Assembly (NCBI GenBank): GCA_030680085.1
Contig: JAUXWU010000012.1
Location: 1 to 55,583 of the forward strand
Direction of reading: 5' to 3'
Length of the DNA: 55,583 nucleotides
Source: Rhodocyclaceae bacterium
GTDB taxonomy: Bacteria; Pseudomonadota; Gammaproteobacteria; Burkholderiales; Rhodocyclaceae
A program made the position numbers and the translations under genes. Under the pieces are notes generated by a model. The model did no database searches and was not told where the DNA came from. It was given only the letters and a program-made list of their open reading frames with translations. Positions 1-9,322 of the stretch are shown here, piece by piece (positions within the stretch are counted from its first letter, which is position 1; every line of letters begins with the position of its first letter).

Positions 1-147
1 AAACTTGCCGCCCAACTGGCGGAACGTTTGGGCGAGCGCACCGTGCTGACGGGCAGCAAACTGGAATACACCCCCGGCGAGGCGGCCAAGACGACGGCGC
101 GATTGACCACCGTGCTGGCGCCGCTGCCGGGCCTCTTCAGCAAATGA
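1..147 (+). CDS. 3' end of a gene truncated by the window edge, probably a pilus-cluster accessory protein
   Basis: Frame 1 is open (KLAAQLAERL...PGLFSK) to TGA at 145-147, followed by GGAG and the ATG of the ATPase gene. Confidence 0.55.
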   Translation, partial: KLAAQLAERLGERTVLTGSKLEYTPGEAAKTTARLTTVLAPLPGLFSK

Positions 148-161
148 ACCGGAGATAAGGC

Positions 162-1796
162 ATGGCCCAGATGCGCCCCATCGGCGAATTGTTGAAGGAA
201 GCGGGGATCGTCACCGAGGAGATGATCACCTACGCCCTGAAGATCCAGAAGGTCTCGCGCGAGCGCGTGGGCGACGTGCTGTTGCGTCTGCGCTTCGCTA
301 CCGACACTGAAGTGGGGCGCATCGTCGCGCAACAGAACAATCTGCCGTTTGATAATCTCGAAGGCCGCATTCCACAGGCGGAGGCGCTCGCCCAGCTACC
401 TTTCGCCGTTGCCCAGAAACTGGTGATCCTGCCGCTGGAGATCGTCGACGGCTGTCTGCTGGCGGCCACGGACAACCCCGGCAACCCCGAGATTGCCAGC
501 CGCGTCGGTCGCTTCTCAAACTATCCGCTGCGCCTGACGGTCGCGTCTTCCTCGCGTCTGCAACGCATGATCCAGCAGGTCTATTACATGGCCGAGCACC
601 CGATTGCCGAGGAAGTGGAGCGCATCAGCGGCGCCATCCTTGCCGGGCGCGAATTCTCCGCCGAGCGGCTATTCGACCTGCTGCTCTCCACGGCCATCGA
701 CCTGCACGCCTCGGACATGCACATCAGCCCGACGCCCAACGCCACCCTCGTTTCCTACCGTGTCGATGGCGTACTGCAACTGCACCACGCCCTGCCGGTC
801 ACCGCGCACGGTCGCCTGGTGTCCACTTGCAAGGTGCGCTCCGGTCTCGATATCGCCGAAGCCAACCGCGCCCAGGACGGCCGCATGCGCTTCACCTTCC
901 TTGATGGCCAGTTCGACCTGCGCATCTCGACCATGCCGGCCGCGCTCGGCGAAAACCTCGTGGTGCGCTTCCTTTCCGGCGGCGGCGAACTGATCTCTCT
1001 GGAAGATGCCGGCTTCAACGCCGAGCAGCAGGATCTGTTGCGGCGCATGACGGTGCATCCGCACGGCACCATCCTCGTCACCGGGCCCACCGGCAGCGGC
1101 AAGACGACGACGCTCTACGCCATGTTGCGGCGCATCAACACCATGCAGAAGAACGTTCTCACCATCGAGGATCCGGTCGAATACGAAATGCCCCTGGTGC
1201 ATCAGGTGGAAATCAACGAGAAGGCCGGCGTCACCTTCGCCACCGCCATCCGCGGCTTTTTGCGTCAAGACCCGGACGTCATGCTGGTCGGCGAGATTCG
1301 CGACCAGGAAACCGCCGCGCTGGCCATGCGCGCCGCGCAGACCGGCCATCTGGTGTTTTCCAGCCTGCATACCAACGATGCACTCTCCGCCATCGTGCGG
1401 CTGCGCGACCTGGGCGTGGCGGACTACATCCTGTCAACGTCGCTCATCGGTCTGGTGGCGCAGCGGCTGTTGCGCCGTCTCTGCCGACACTGCAAGCAGC
1501 CGGCCCGGCCGGAAACAGCGGACGAGCTGTGGGAAGGCCTGCCGGTGGCCAGTTTGTTCGTCCATGTCGGCTGTCCCTATTGTCGCGATACGGGGTATAG
1601 CGGGCGTCTGGCCGTCGGCGAGGTGCTGGTGTTCGACAACGACATCCGGGGCCTGATCGACACCGGCGCCAGCGGCTTCCAGATCGAACAGGCCGTCCAG
1701 GCCAAAGGCATGTACCGCATGCGTGATGCCGGGCATCGGATGGTCGCCGAAGGCGTGACCGATGTGGCCGAGTTCCTGCGCGTGCTGGCGGATTAG
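162..1796 (+). CDS. GspE/PilB/MshE-family assembly ATPase (cluster 1)
   Basis: Walker A GPTGSGKTT, TIEDPVE, LRQDPDV..VGEIRD, GHLVFSSLHTN, tetra-Cys zinc motif (CRHC...CPYC), MshEN-like N-terminus. Confidence 0.95.
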   Translation: MAQMRPIGELLKEAGIVTEEMITYALKIQKVSRERVGDVLLRLRFATDTEVGRIVAQQNNLPFDNLEGRIPQAEALAQLPFAVAQKLVILPLEIVDGCLLAATDNPGNPEIASRVGRFSNYPLRLTVASSSRLQRMIQQVYYMAEHPIAEEVERISGAILAGREFSAERLFDLLLSTAIDLHASDMHISPTPNATLVSYRVDGVLQLHHALPVTAHGRLVSTCKVRSGLDIAEANRAQDGRMRFTFLDGQFDLRISTMPAALGENLVVRFLSGGGELISLEDAGFNAEQQDLLRRMTVHPHGTILVTGPTGSGKTTTLYAMLRRINTMQKNVLTIEDPVEYEMPLVHQVEINEKAGVTFATAIRGFLRQDPDVMLVGEIRDQETAALAMRAAQTGHLVFSSLHTNDALSAIVRLRDLGVADYILSTSLIGLVAQRLLRRLCRHCKQPARPETADELWEGLPVASLFVHVGCPYCRDTGYSGRLAVGEVLVFDNDIRGLIDTGASGFQIEQAVQAKGMYRMRDAGHRMVAEGVTDVAEFLRVLAD

Positions 1797-1824
1797 GGAT
1801 GAACGAGATGAGGAAGGACGTCTG

Positions 1825-3033
1825 ATGCCTTGGCTTTTTTACACGGCGGCGACGCGCGACGGCGCGCTGGAGCGGCGCAATGGCCGCTTTGCCGACGCGG
1901 CCATGCTTGATCGCGAACTGGCGCGCCACGGCGAAATGCTGGTCGATTACCTTGCCCTGCCCGATGCGCTGCATCAGGTTCGGCAGTGGGCCCTCGGGCG
2001 GCTGCGGCCGCTGGAAACCGCCGAGTTTTGCAACATGCTTTCCATGTATGTGAGCGGCGGTGTGGACTTGCAATCGGCGCTGGCCGACCTTGAAAGCAAT
2101 GCCACGTCAATCGCCTATCGGCAGATTCTCGGCCAGGTGCGCACGGGCCTGCTCAACGGCTACCCATTTTCGCAGGCGCTGCGGGAGACGCACCAGTTTC
2201 CGGAAGAGGTGCTCGCCCTGGTGAAGATCGGCGAAGAATCCGGCACGCTCGACCGCGTGCTGGCGGATGCCGGCGCCCACATCGAACGCATCGAGGAGAT
2301 CAAGTCGGCCGTCAAGCGGGCGCTTGTCTACCCGGCCTTTACCCTGGTGGTGATGATCGGCGGCGCGCTGTTCTGGCTGTCTTTCGTCATGCCCAAGCTG
2401 GCGCTGGTGTTTACGAGCATCGACATCGAGATGCCTGGGCATGTCGCCGCGATGATCGCCGCATCCGACTGGGTGCGCGAATTCTGGTGGCTGCTGGGCA
2501 TCATCCTGGTGGCGCTGCCGATGGGCTTTTTCGCCGCCCGCGCCAACGAAGGGTTCCGCTACCAGACCGACCGCATGGCCTGGCACATGCCGGTCATGGG
2601 ACGCATCGTCTATGGCAGCCAGATGGCTTTCTGGTTCCAGTATCTGGGCCTCATGTACGGCGCCGGCGTGGTCATCACCCAGGCCATGGAAATCATCAAC
2701 AAGTCGGTGAAAAACCGTTTCTTCCGCGACAAGATCGCCAACTTCAACGCCCGACTGCAAGACGGCGAATCCTTGCAGGCATCGATCAAGGAAACGCGGA
2801 TATTCGAGCCGCTGGCGATCCGCATGGTGGCCATCGGCGAGGAAACCGGTAACCTCGAAGCGCAGATGAAAAAGCTGGCCGGCATCTATTTCGCCCGCGT
2901 CAACGCCCTCGTCGAGGTGCTGGCCAAGACGCTTGAACCGGCCATGGCCATCGTCATGGCCGCCATGCTCGCCTTCTTCGTGCTGGGCGTGCTGGCGCCG
3001 ATCTACGAATCCATCGGCAAGATAGGAGGATAA
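1825..3033 (+). CDS. GspF/PilC/MshG-family inner-membrane platform protein (cluster 1)
   Basis: Two GEE(S/T)GxL repeats, ALVYP motif, TM helices; ATG 1825 chosen after AGGAAGGA. Confidence 0.93.
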   Translation: MPWLFYTAATRDGALERRNGRFADAAMLDRELARHGEMLVDYLALPDALHQVRQWALGRLRPLETAEFCNMLSMYVSGGVDLQSALADLESNATSIAYRQILGQVRTGLLNGYPFSQALRETHQFPEEVLALVKIGEESGTLDRVLADAGAHIERIEEIKSAVKRALVYPAFTLVVMIGGALFWLSFVMPKLALVFTSIDIEMPGHVAAMIAASDWVREFWWLLGIILVALPMGFFAARANEGFRYQTDRMAWHMPVMGRIVYGSQMAFWFQYLGLMYGAGVVITQAMEIINKSVKNRFFRDKIANFNARLQDGESLQASIKETRIFEPLAIRMVAIGEETGNLEAQMKKLAGIYFARVNALVEVLAKTLEPAMAIVMAAMLAFFVLGVLAPIYESIGKIGG

Positions 3034-3035
3034 CC

Positions 3036-4184
3036 ATGCACAAGCGTATGAGCGGTTTCACGATCTTCGAATTGGTCATCGTGCTGATCATGATCGGCAT
3101 CCTGACCGCGGGGATGATGCCGCTGTTGCGCACGCAGCACACGCGCACCATGGAAGACGCCAACCGGCAGGCGCTCAACGTGGCCAGGGATGTCGTCGTA
3201 AGCTACGCGCTGACCAACGGCGGGTTGCCGCTGCCCTTGACGTCCGCGGCGGCGACGACAAAGCCGGAGTATGTGCCGACCTATCCCACGGGCTGGGATC
3301 TGACGCCCCCAGTCAACGAATCCTATCTGCCCTGGGACGAGCATATGGTTTCGGTCGCGGTCAATCTCCCCCCGCTGGGCGTGCCGACTTTCGGCAGTTA
3401 CCGCAAATATTTCTGGTATGACCCGCGCACCGAGCTCAGGAACGATTACACGATCAACTTGGTCGCGGGAGTGCCCGCAGCGTGTACAACATGCTACCTG
3501 CCCTTGTTCGATCAAAACGGGGCGGGTCTGGATTTCACCAATCCCAGATCGATTGCTCGCGTGAGCTTCTGCGCCAACGTCAAGACAGCACTAAAACTCA
3601 CAGGGACCAGCGACCCCCGTGTATGCCAGGTGCCGAACAACGCTCAAATGAGCGACTCGTGTCCGGGAGGTGCCGCGGCGGCATCCCCCGCTGCATTGGT
3701 CATCGCAAGCTTCGGCAACGACCGGACCCCCGACAAGGCGCATGCGGCAATTGATCTGCTCGCCGCAACCCCTGTCCGTAACTACGAAAACCCGGCCCGG
3801 CCGGTGAATCATGAGCATTCGGCCGCCCCCGATATCCATTACGACGATGCCGTGGTTTCCGTTTCCCTGGCCGAACTGGCCTCCCGCTGCGACCAGTCCG
3901 GCGTGGCCTGCTCGGCGGACAAACGTTATCTGACGATCAAGAATACGCAGATAGTACCAAGCGCATCACTTTCTTACCGGATCGGGGCAGGAGTCTGTAC
4001 CACCGTAACGGTTTTAATCAACACCCGCTCGTCGCCCGGTTGCCTGGATTCGGGGGCAACCTTGTGGACCGATGCGGCCTGTACTACGGCATTTACAGCG
4101 GCCACAGTGTCGGCTGCCGATAGCAATGGCGATGGCGTGGCTTCCATCTGGTTCGCCGGCGGCGGCGTAACACGGGCATGGTAG
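3036..4184 (+). CDS. Large (382 aa) type IV pilin-like protein with prepilin cleavage site
   Basis: MHKRMSG|FTIFELVIVLIMIGIL; Cys-rich body; C-terminal DSNGDG. Confidence 0.85.
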   Translation: MHKRMSGFTIFELVIVLIMIGILTAGMMPLLRTQHTRTMEDANRQALNVARDVVVSYALTNGGLPLPLTSAAATTKPEYVPTYPTGWDLTPPVNESYLPWDEHMVSVAVNLPPLGVPTFGSYRKYFWYDPRTELRNDYTINLVAGVPAACTTCYLPLFDQNGAGLDFTNPRSIARVSFCANVKTALKLTGTSDPRVCQVPNNAQMSDSCPGGAAAASPAALVIASFGNDRTPDKAHAAIDLLAATPVRNYENPARPVNHEHSAAPDIHYDDAVVSVSLAELASRCDQSGVACSADKRYLTIKNTQIVPSASLSYRIGAGVCTTVTVLINTRSSPGCLDSGATLWTDAACTTAFTAATVSAADSNGDGVASIWFAGGGVTRAW

Positions 4185-4206
4185 GGGTGCGGGTGAATAG
4201 AAATAG

Positions 4207-4293
4207 GAAATAGGGGACAGACCACGTTTTGAACAGGAAATAGGGGACAGACCACGTTTTAAGAAGAGAGAAATAGGGGACAGACCACGTTTT
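4207..4293 (+). repeat. Three direct copies of 24-bp GAAATAGGGGACAGACCACGTTTT
   Basis: Exact copies at 4207-4230, 4237-4260 and 4270-4293, separated by 6 and 9 bp. Confidence 0.95.
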
Positions 4294-4309
4294 CGAGGGC
4301 AGAAACACT

Positions 4310-4768
4310 ATGACGAACAACAAATCATTCATCTTTCTGGTCGCGGCTTCGCTGGCGCTGGGCTTCGCCTGGCTCTTTGCCGGGTGGGCCGGGGCCGGGC
4401 TGGGGCAGGCGAAAACCGCCGTGCAGAGAGTCGGGCAGGCGGAAAAGGATCTGGCGACGCTCAATGAGCAGGTGCTGCGCTGGGAGAAGGCCGGGGCGCA
4501 GTCGCTCGGCAGCGTCGAGCCGGTGGCGCTCGATGCGAAATTCCTGCCATCCGAACTGCCGAAGAGTGCGTTGCTCTTGGCCGGTCTGTATGCCGATCAC
4601 GGCTATTTCAACCTGCGTCGCTTCGTTTTTTCCTGGGGGGAGACCGGGGGCGACGTGGCGGGTAGCGTAGCCCGCATGACGGTCGAGGGGGAGAAGGTGT
4701 TTCTCGGCCAGCGCGCGCCGGTGACGGCCGCCGCGTCCGTCAATATCAACAAGGGGGGTCGGCCATGA
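4310..4768 (+). CDS. Membrane-anchored pilus-cluster accessory protein (possibly PilO/GspM-like)
   Basis: N-terminal TM helix then coiled-coil-like segment; ATGA overlap with the next gene. Confidence 0.6.
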   Translation: MTNNKSFIFLVAASLALGFAWLFAGWAGAGLGQAKTAVQRVGQAEKDLATLNEQVLRWEKAGAQSLGSVEPVALDAKFLPSELPKSALLLAGLYADHGYFNLRRFVFSWGETGGDVAGSVARMTVEGEKVFLGQRAPVTAAASVNINKGGRP

Positions 4769-5361
4769 ACATTTGGGCCTGGTTTGCCGTGCCGCCGGTG
4801 ACGCTGCTGGCGGCCTATTACGCCCTTGGGCCGGTGGAAAAAGCGGCCCAGCCGCTACCACCGCCGCAGGCGATAGAAGTGCTGCGCCTGCCGCCGTCAC
4901 TGACGTCCGCCACCGGCGGCACGGGCTATCAGCGCGGCGGCGCGCCCAAGGAAATCCGCCTGGCCGCCTTCGGCGTGGTGGTGCCGGAGGATGTGACGGG
5001 CAAGTATCTGCCCGCCGTGACGCCGCCGGCAAAGGATCTCTTCACGCTGCAATCGGTGCTGCTGGTCGGCGCGAATAACCGCACGGCGACCATCGACGGC
5101 AGCATTTACCGGGAAGGCGACAGGTTCCATCGTCGCTACCGCCTGACCAAAGTGGAGGCCGATGCGGTCTGGCTGAAAGGGCCGCGCGGCCGCGAGGCGC
5201 TGCGCTTCCCCGAGTTCAAGGATCCGCCCGTGCCGCTGGCCGCGCCAACACCGCCGGTGGCTCTGCAGGCACCCGGCAAGCCCGGCTTGCAAGGCGGCTT
5301 ACCCCCCGCCGGTAAGCTCGATTCCGAATACCGCAAAATCCTGGAGATGCTGAAATTATGA
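4765..5361 (+). CDS. MshK/GspB-like accessory protein
   Basis: LQSVLL...ATIDGSIYREGD...LTKVEADAVWL pattern; lies directly before the secretin. Confidence 0.6.
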   Translation: MNIWAWFAVPPVTLLAAYYALGPVEKAAQPLPPPQAIEVLRLPPSLTSATGGTGYQRGGAPKEIRLAAFGVVVPEDVTGKYLPAVTPPAKDLFTLQSVLLVGANNRTATIDGSIYREGDRFHRRYRLTKVEADAVWLKGPRGREALRFPEFKDPPVPLAAPTPPVALQAPGKPGLQGGLPPAGKLDSEYRKILEMLKL

Positions 5362-6968
5362 GCGCTAACAATACGTTGCTTCGCCCGCCTTGCCATGTCA
5401 GCCGCATCGCCTTGGCCGTGCTGTCCAGCGTTACGCTGCTCTTGGGCGGCTGTTACAGCACCCAGGCGCACAAGCCGGACGAGTCGCGCTTTCCCGAGAC
5501 CTTCCCGAGCGGCGCGCTGGACTTCAAACCGCCGGCCAAGGCGTCTGCCGCCAGTGGTTTGTCGCTCGATCGGCGCCTGGTGCTGACGGAAACCGGGGCG
5601 CCCCGGCTGTTTTCCTTCCGCGCCAACGGCCAGTCGCTGCGCGTTACCCTGGCCCAGTTCGCCCAGGCCTACAAGCTGAATATCGTGCCGGATGCGGATA
5701 TCGTCGGCGCCGTGTCGGTGGAGTTCAAGGATCTGCCCCTGGAGCGGGCGCTGGATGCCCTGCTCGATCCGATCAGCGTTGGCTGGATCAATGACGACGG
5801 CCTGATTCGGGTCACGCGCCAGGCGACGCGCACCTATCACGTCGATTATCTGCGCGCCACGCGCACCGGCAGCGGCTCGATGAGCACCAGCGCCGGCAGC
5901 GGCAGCGGCACCAGCACCAGTTCGGTGTCGAAAAGCGACTCGATCAATTTCTGGAGCGAGCTTGAATCAGAGCTCAAGGCGTTGCTGACACGCGGCGCGA
6001 CCGAGGCTTCGGCCACCCCGCCGCAAACGGAGACGGTGCAGACGACCGACCGCGTGACGAACACGGTGACGCAGACGACCCGGCCGCTGGCGGAGATGGA
6101 GGGCCGGGTGGTGATGAACAAGATGACCGGTACGGTACATGTGACCGGTTCACCCAAGGGCATGCGCGCCGTCGACAGTTATATGGCGAAACTGCTCAAG
6201 GGCATCAACCGGCAGGTGTATATCGAGGCGCGGGTGCTGGATGTGCAGCTCAACGACGATAGCGCCTTGGGCATCGACTGGTCGCGGGTCTCCTTCGGTT
6301 CCTCGCTGACGGCATCGACGCGGGGCATCGTCACCGCGCCGGCCGGCGGCTCGGGCGTCAGGCCGAACACGGTAAGCTTCGATTACACCAAGACCTTTCC
6401 GGCATCCTTCCTGGTGAGCAACATCGCGGCGGCGGTGCGCGCCCTCGAGGAGCAGGGCGCCGTGCGCGTGGTGTCGCAGCCGCGCATCCGTACGCTGAAC
6501 AACCAGCCGGCGGTGGTGCGGGTGGGCACGGAGCGCACCTTCTACACGACGACGACGACGGTGACGCCCGTTGCCGGCGGCGCCCCGTTGCTGACGACGA
6601 CGGAGTCGCCGACGACGGTGACCGAAGGGGTGATGCTCTCGGTGACGCCGCAGATCGGCAACGACGGCTTCATCACGCTCGACGTGACGCCGGTGGTGAA
6701 TAAGATCGTCGCCATCGATACCTCGCCATCGGGCAATTCAAACGCCCCGCGCATGGAGACGAAGCAGACGTCGACGCTGGTGCGCATGAAGAACGGCGAG
6801 ACGGTGGCCATCGGCGGCCTGATCATCGAGGAAGACGCGGAAACCGGTCGCGGCGTGCCGGGCATCGGCAAGCCCTCTGGTCTTGGCTGGCTGTTCCGGG
6901 GGCAATACAGCAACAAGGTGCGCAAGGAATTGGTGATCTTCCTGACGCCGCATCTGGTTGAATATTGA
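5358..6968 (+). CDS. MshL-type outer-membrane secretin, lipoprotein (cluster 1)
   Basis: Lipobox LGGC, STN-like domain, QVYIEARVLDV, SQPRIRTLNNQPA, GETVAIGGLI, ELVIFLTP. Confidence 0.93.
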   Translation: MSANNTLLRPPCHVSRIALAVLSSVTLLLGGCYSTQAHKPDESRFPETFPSGALDFKPPAKASAASGLSLDRRLVLTETGAPRLFSFRANGQSLRVTLAQFAQAYKLNIVPDADIVGAVSVEFKDLPLERALDALLDPISVGWINDDGLIRVTRQATRTYHVDYLRATRTGSGSMSTSAGSGSGTSTSSVSKSDSINFWSELESELKALLTRGATEASATPPQTETVQTTDRVTNTVTQTTRPLAEMEGRVVMNKMTGTVHVTGSPKGMRAVDSYMAKLLKGINRQVYIEARVLDVQLNDDSALGIDWSRVSFGSSLTASTRGIVTAPAGGSGVRPNTVSFDYTKTFPASFLVSNIAAAVRALEEQGAVRVVSQPRIRTLNNQPAVVRVGTERTFYTTTTTVTPVAGGAPLLTTTESPTTVTEGVMLSVTPQIGNDGFITLDVTPVVNKIVAIDTSPSGNSNAPRMETKQTSTLVRMKNGETVAIGGLIIEEDAETGRGVPGIGKPSGLGWLFRGQYSNKVRKELVIFLTPHLVEY

Positions 6969-6978
6969 TCACGCGCGC

Positions 6979-7821
6979 ATGACCGTTAATGCCCCCGATC
7001 TGAACGCTTGCTATCTGGCCCTGGGGTTGAGCGAAGCGCCGTTTCGCATCACCCCGGATACGCAGTTCTTTTTTCCGCATAGCCAGTATCTGTCGGCGAT
7101 CGGTCATCTGCGTTTCGGCATGCAGAGCGGCGGCTTCACGGTATTGACCGGCGAGGTGGGGCTGGGCAAGACGCTGTTGTGCCGCTATCTGTTGCGCAAC
7201 CTGCCGGAGAATGTGCGCACGGCCTATATCTACAACCCGCAGCAGACGTTTGTCGAACTGCTGCGCAGCATCATCCACGACCTGACCGGCGAGTTGCCGC
7301 CAGAGCAGAGTCAGGCGGCATTGCAGGCGCGCATCCTTGAGCTGCTTGAAGCACTGACCAGCGTGAATGTGCGCGTGGCGGTGCTGGTGGACGAGGCGCA
7401 CCGGCTTTCGCCCGAGGTGATGGAGGGGCTGCGTCTGCTCTCCAATCTCGAGACGGAAAAGCAGAAGCTGCTGTCTTTGCTGCTGGTCGGCCAGACCGAA
7501 CTCGAAAAGCAGCTACAGGAACACAACATGCGCGCGCTGCGCCAGCGTATCGGCGTGTGGCACAAGTTGCGGCCCTTCAAGCTCGGCGAGACGGCGAGTT
7601 ACATCGGTCATCGCCTGGATAGCGCGCGCTTGAACGGTAATTTTCATTTCAGCCGGGGAGCGATGGCGGCTGTCCATTACTACAGCGGCGGCGTACCCCG
7701 GCGCATCAACCTGATCTGCGACCGGGCCCTGTTGTACGCCTTTGTCGAGCAGCGCAATCAAGTGTCCGTGAGCATGATACGGCGTGCCGCGCAAGAAGTA
7801 TCCGGTCCGGGAGGACATTGA
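6979..7821 (+). CDS. ExeA/MshM-family AAA ATPase (cluster 1)
   Basis: PFRITPD, GEVGLGKT, VLVDEAH, GGVPRRINLICDRAL; start uncertain (6958 or 6979). Confidence 0.9.
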   Translation: MTVNAPDLNACYLALGLSEAPFRITPDTQFFFPHSQYLSAIGHLRFGMQSGGFTVLTGEVGLGKTLLCRYLLRNLPENVRTAYIYNPQQTFVELLRSIIHDLTGELPPEQSQAALQARILELLEALTSVNVRVAVLVDEAHRLSPEVMEGLRLLSNLETEKQKLLSLLLVGQTELEKQLQEHNMRALRQRIGVWHKLRPFKLGETASYIGHRLDSARLNGNFHFSRGAMAAVHYYSGGVPRRINLICDRALLYAFVEQRNQVSVSMIRRAAQEVSGPGGH

Positions 7822-7825
7822 AGCC

Positions 7826-9322
7826 ATGAGCATTATCGATAGCACACTGCGTCGACTGGAAGGCGCGGACGCCGCTGCATCCCGGCCGGGTGCACGGCCG
7901 GGCCCGGAGTACACGCTCGGCAACGATCTGCTGTTCGTCGCCGGGCAGCGGTCGCCACGGCGACCGCTGGCGCTCTGGCTGGGTCTGGCGTTTCTGGCGG
8001 TCGGCGGCGCGGCTTATTTTCTGCTGCCGCGCGGCGGCGCGGCGCCGGAGGAGACCAAGGTGGCATCGGTCACGCTGCCGCCGCCCCCGGTGATCGTTGC
8101 AGCGGTCGAGACGCCCAGGCCGCCCGCAGTGGTCGAGGTCGCACCCAGCGTTCCGCCGCCGCCCCCGGTGGAGACGCCGTCTGTCGTCGCGAAAGCGCCG
8201 CCGGAGCCTGTTACGCCGCCTGCCGTCGCGAAAGCGCCGCCGGCGCCAGTCACGCCACCACCGGCACCCCCGCTGCCTGCGCCGGAACCCAGTCCCCCCT
8301 GGTTGATGGCTGGCTGGGCGGCAATCGATGACGGCAATCCGACCCGGGCCTACGCGCTCTGGGAGGCCGGCTTGAACGCCTTGCCAGGCGACCGCCTGCT
8401 GATCGTTGCACACGCCTATCGGGAACGACGTGTTCTGGATGCCGCCTTCCACCGGCGCACGCCGGAATGGGCGGCGTTCGGTTTCCGCGAAGCGGGTGGC
8501 GGCCAACCGCTGTACCGATTTGCGATTCTGGCGCCGCAGGCCGGGCTGCAGGAAGCGCTTGCCGCCGTTGATGCGCGCTATGGGCGGGCCGATCTGGTAC
8601 GCGCGGCGTATCTCAAGGGTCGCATTGCCGCCGCCACACCCCCGGCCGCGACAACCGTCCTGCCCGCCACGCCGACTCCGGCCGCTGCGCGCCCCGCAGT
8701 AGCCTCTGGGAAAGTCGGCGCTGACAGGGCGGCGGTCAAGGAGAAGCCCGAGGCGCGCGTTGCCGCGGCTGCGGTTACGCCGGAGGCAAAAAAGCTGCCT
8801 GACAGCGCCGTCATGGCGGTGCCCACGCCTGCCCAGGAGGCAAGCCACGAGGCCGCGCGCCGCTGGGAAGGCCGTGCAGATACGATTCGCGAACAGTTGC
8901 GTCTGGGCGCTTTCGGACCTGCGGCGGAAGGGGCGGAAAGCCTGTCGCGCGATTTCCCCGAACGCTGGGAGCCTTGGTACTGGCTTGGCACGGCGGCGCT
9001 GGCGCGCGGCCAACTGGCGGCGGCGGAGCAGGCGCTCGACCATGCCCTGTCGCGCAACGGCAAGGTGGCGCAGATATGGATTCAGCGTGGCGTGGCGGCG
9101 CAAGAGCGCGCCGATCATGCGGCGGCGATCCGTTTTTTCACCAATGCCGAGACACTCGCTCCGCGCATTCCCGAGGCGCACTTGAATCTGGGCTTTTCCC
9201 ATGACGCAATGGGCAGGCAGGCCGAGGCGGAAAAGAGCTTTCACAGATTCCTGAGCGTGACGGAAGGCAATGCGGCCTATGCGGTGCAGCGCAAGCATAT
9301 TCAGGATCGTCTTTCTCGCTAG
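7826..9322 (+). CDS. MshN-like membrane-anchored TPR protein with Pro-rich linker
   Basis: MSIIDSTLRRLE N-terminus, TM helix, Pro-rich region, C-terminal TPR-like repeats. Confidence 0.8.
   Translation: MSIIDSTLRRLEGADAAASRPGARPGPEYTLGNDLLFVAGQRSPRRPLALWLGLAFLAVGGAAYFLLPRGGAAPEETKVASVTLPPPPVIVAAVETPRPPAVVEVAPSVPPPPPVETPSVVAKAPPEPVTPPAVAKAPPAPVTPPPAPPLPAPEPSPPWLMAGWAAIDDGNPTRAYALWEAGLNALPGDRLLIVAHAYRERRVLDAAFHRRTPEWAAFGFREAGGGQPLYRFAILAPQAGLQEALAAVDARYGRADLVRAAYLKGRIAAATPPAATTVLPATPTPAAARPAVASGKVGADRAAVKEKPEARVAAAAVTPEAKKLPDSAVMAVPTPAQEASHEAARRWEGRADTIREQLRLGAFGPAAEGAESLSRDFPERWEPWYWLGTAALARGQLAAAEQALDHALSRNGKVAQIWIQRGVAAQERADHAAAIRFFTNAETLAPRIPEAHLNLGFSHDAMGRQAEAEKSFHRFLSVTEGNAAYAVQRKHIQDRLSR
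8174..8251 (+). repeat. 39-bp in-frame imperfect tandem duplication (TPSVVAKAPPEPV / TPPAVAKAPPAPV)
   Basis: gtcgcgaaagcgccgccgg recurs at 39-bp spacing. Confidence 0.8.
8711..8735 (+). repeat. Dispersed motif copy 1 (3 mismatches), in the TPR gene, read as KVGADRAA
   Basis: aaagtcggcgctgacagggcggcgg. Confidence 0.8.

Noticed and set aside
2071-2090. Partial motif-like matches (tcggcgctggc here and near 10390)
   Set aside because: Only about 11 GC-rich bases match, without the AAAG head or GACGGC tail; compatible with chance.
4207-4293. CRISPR array
   Set aside because: Spacers are only 6 and 9 bp, there are just three repeats, and no cas genes are in the window.
4093-4464. 123-aa minus-strand ORF with KTWSVPYF repeats
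   Set aside because: It is simply the translation of the DNA repeat and overlaps two better-supported plus-strand genes.
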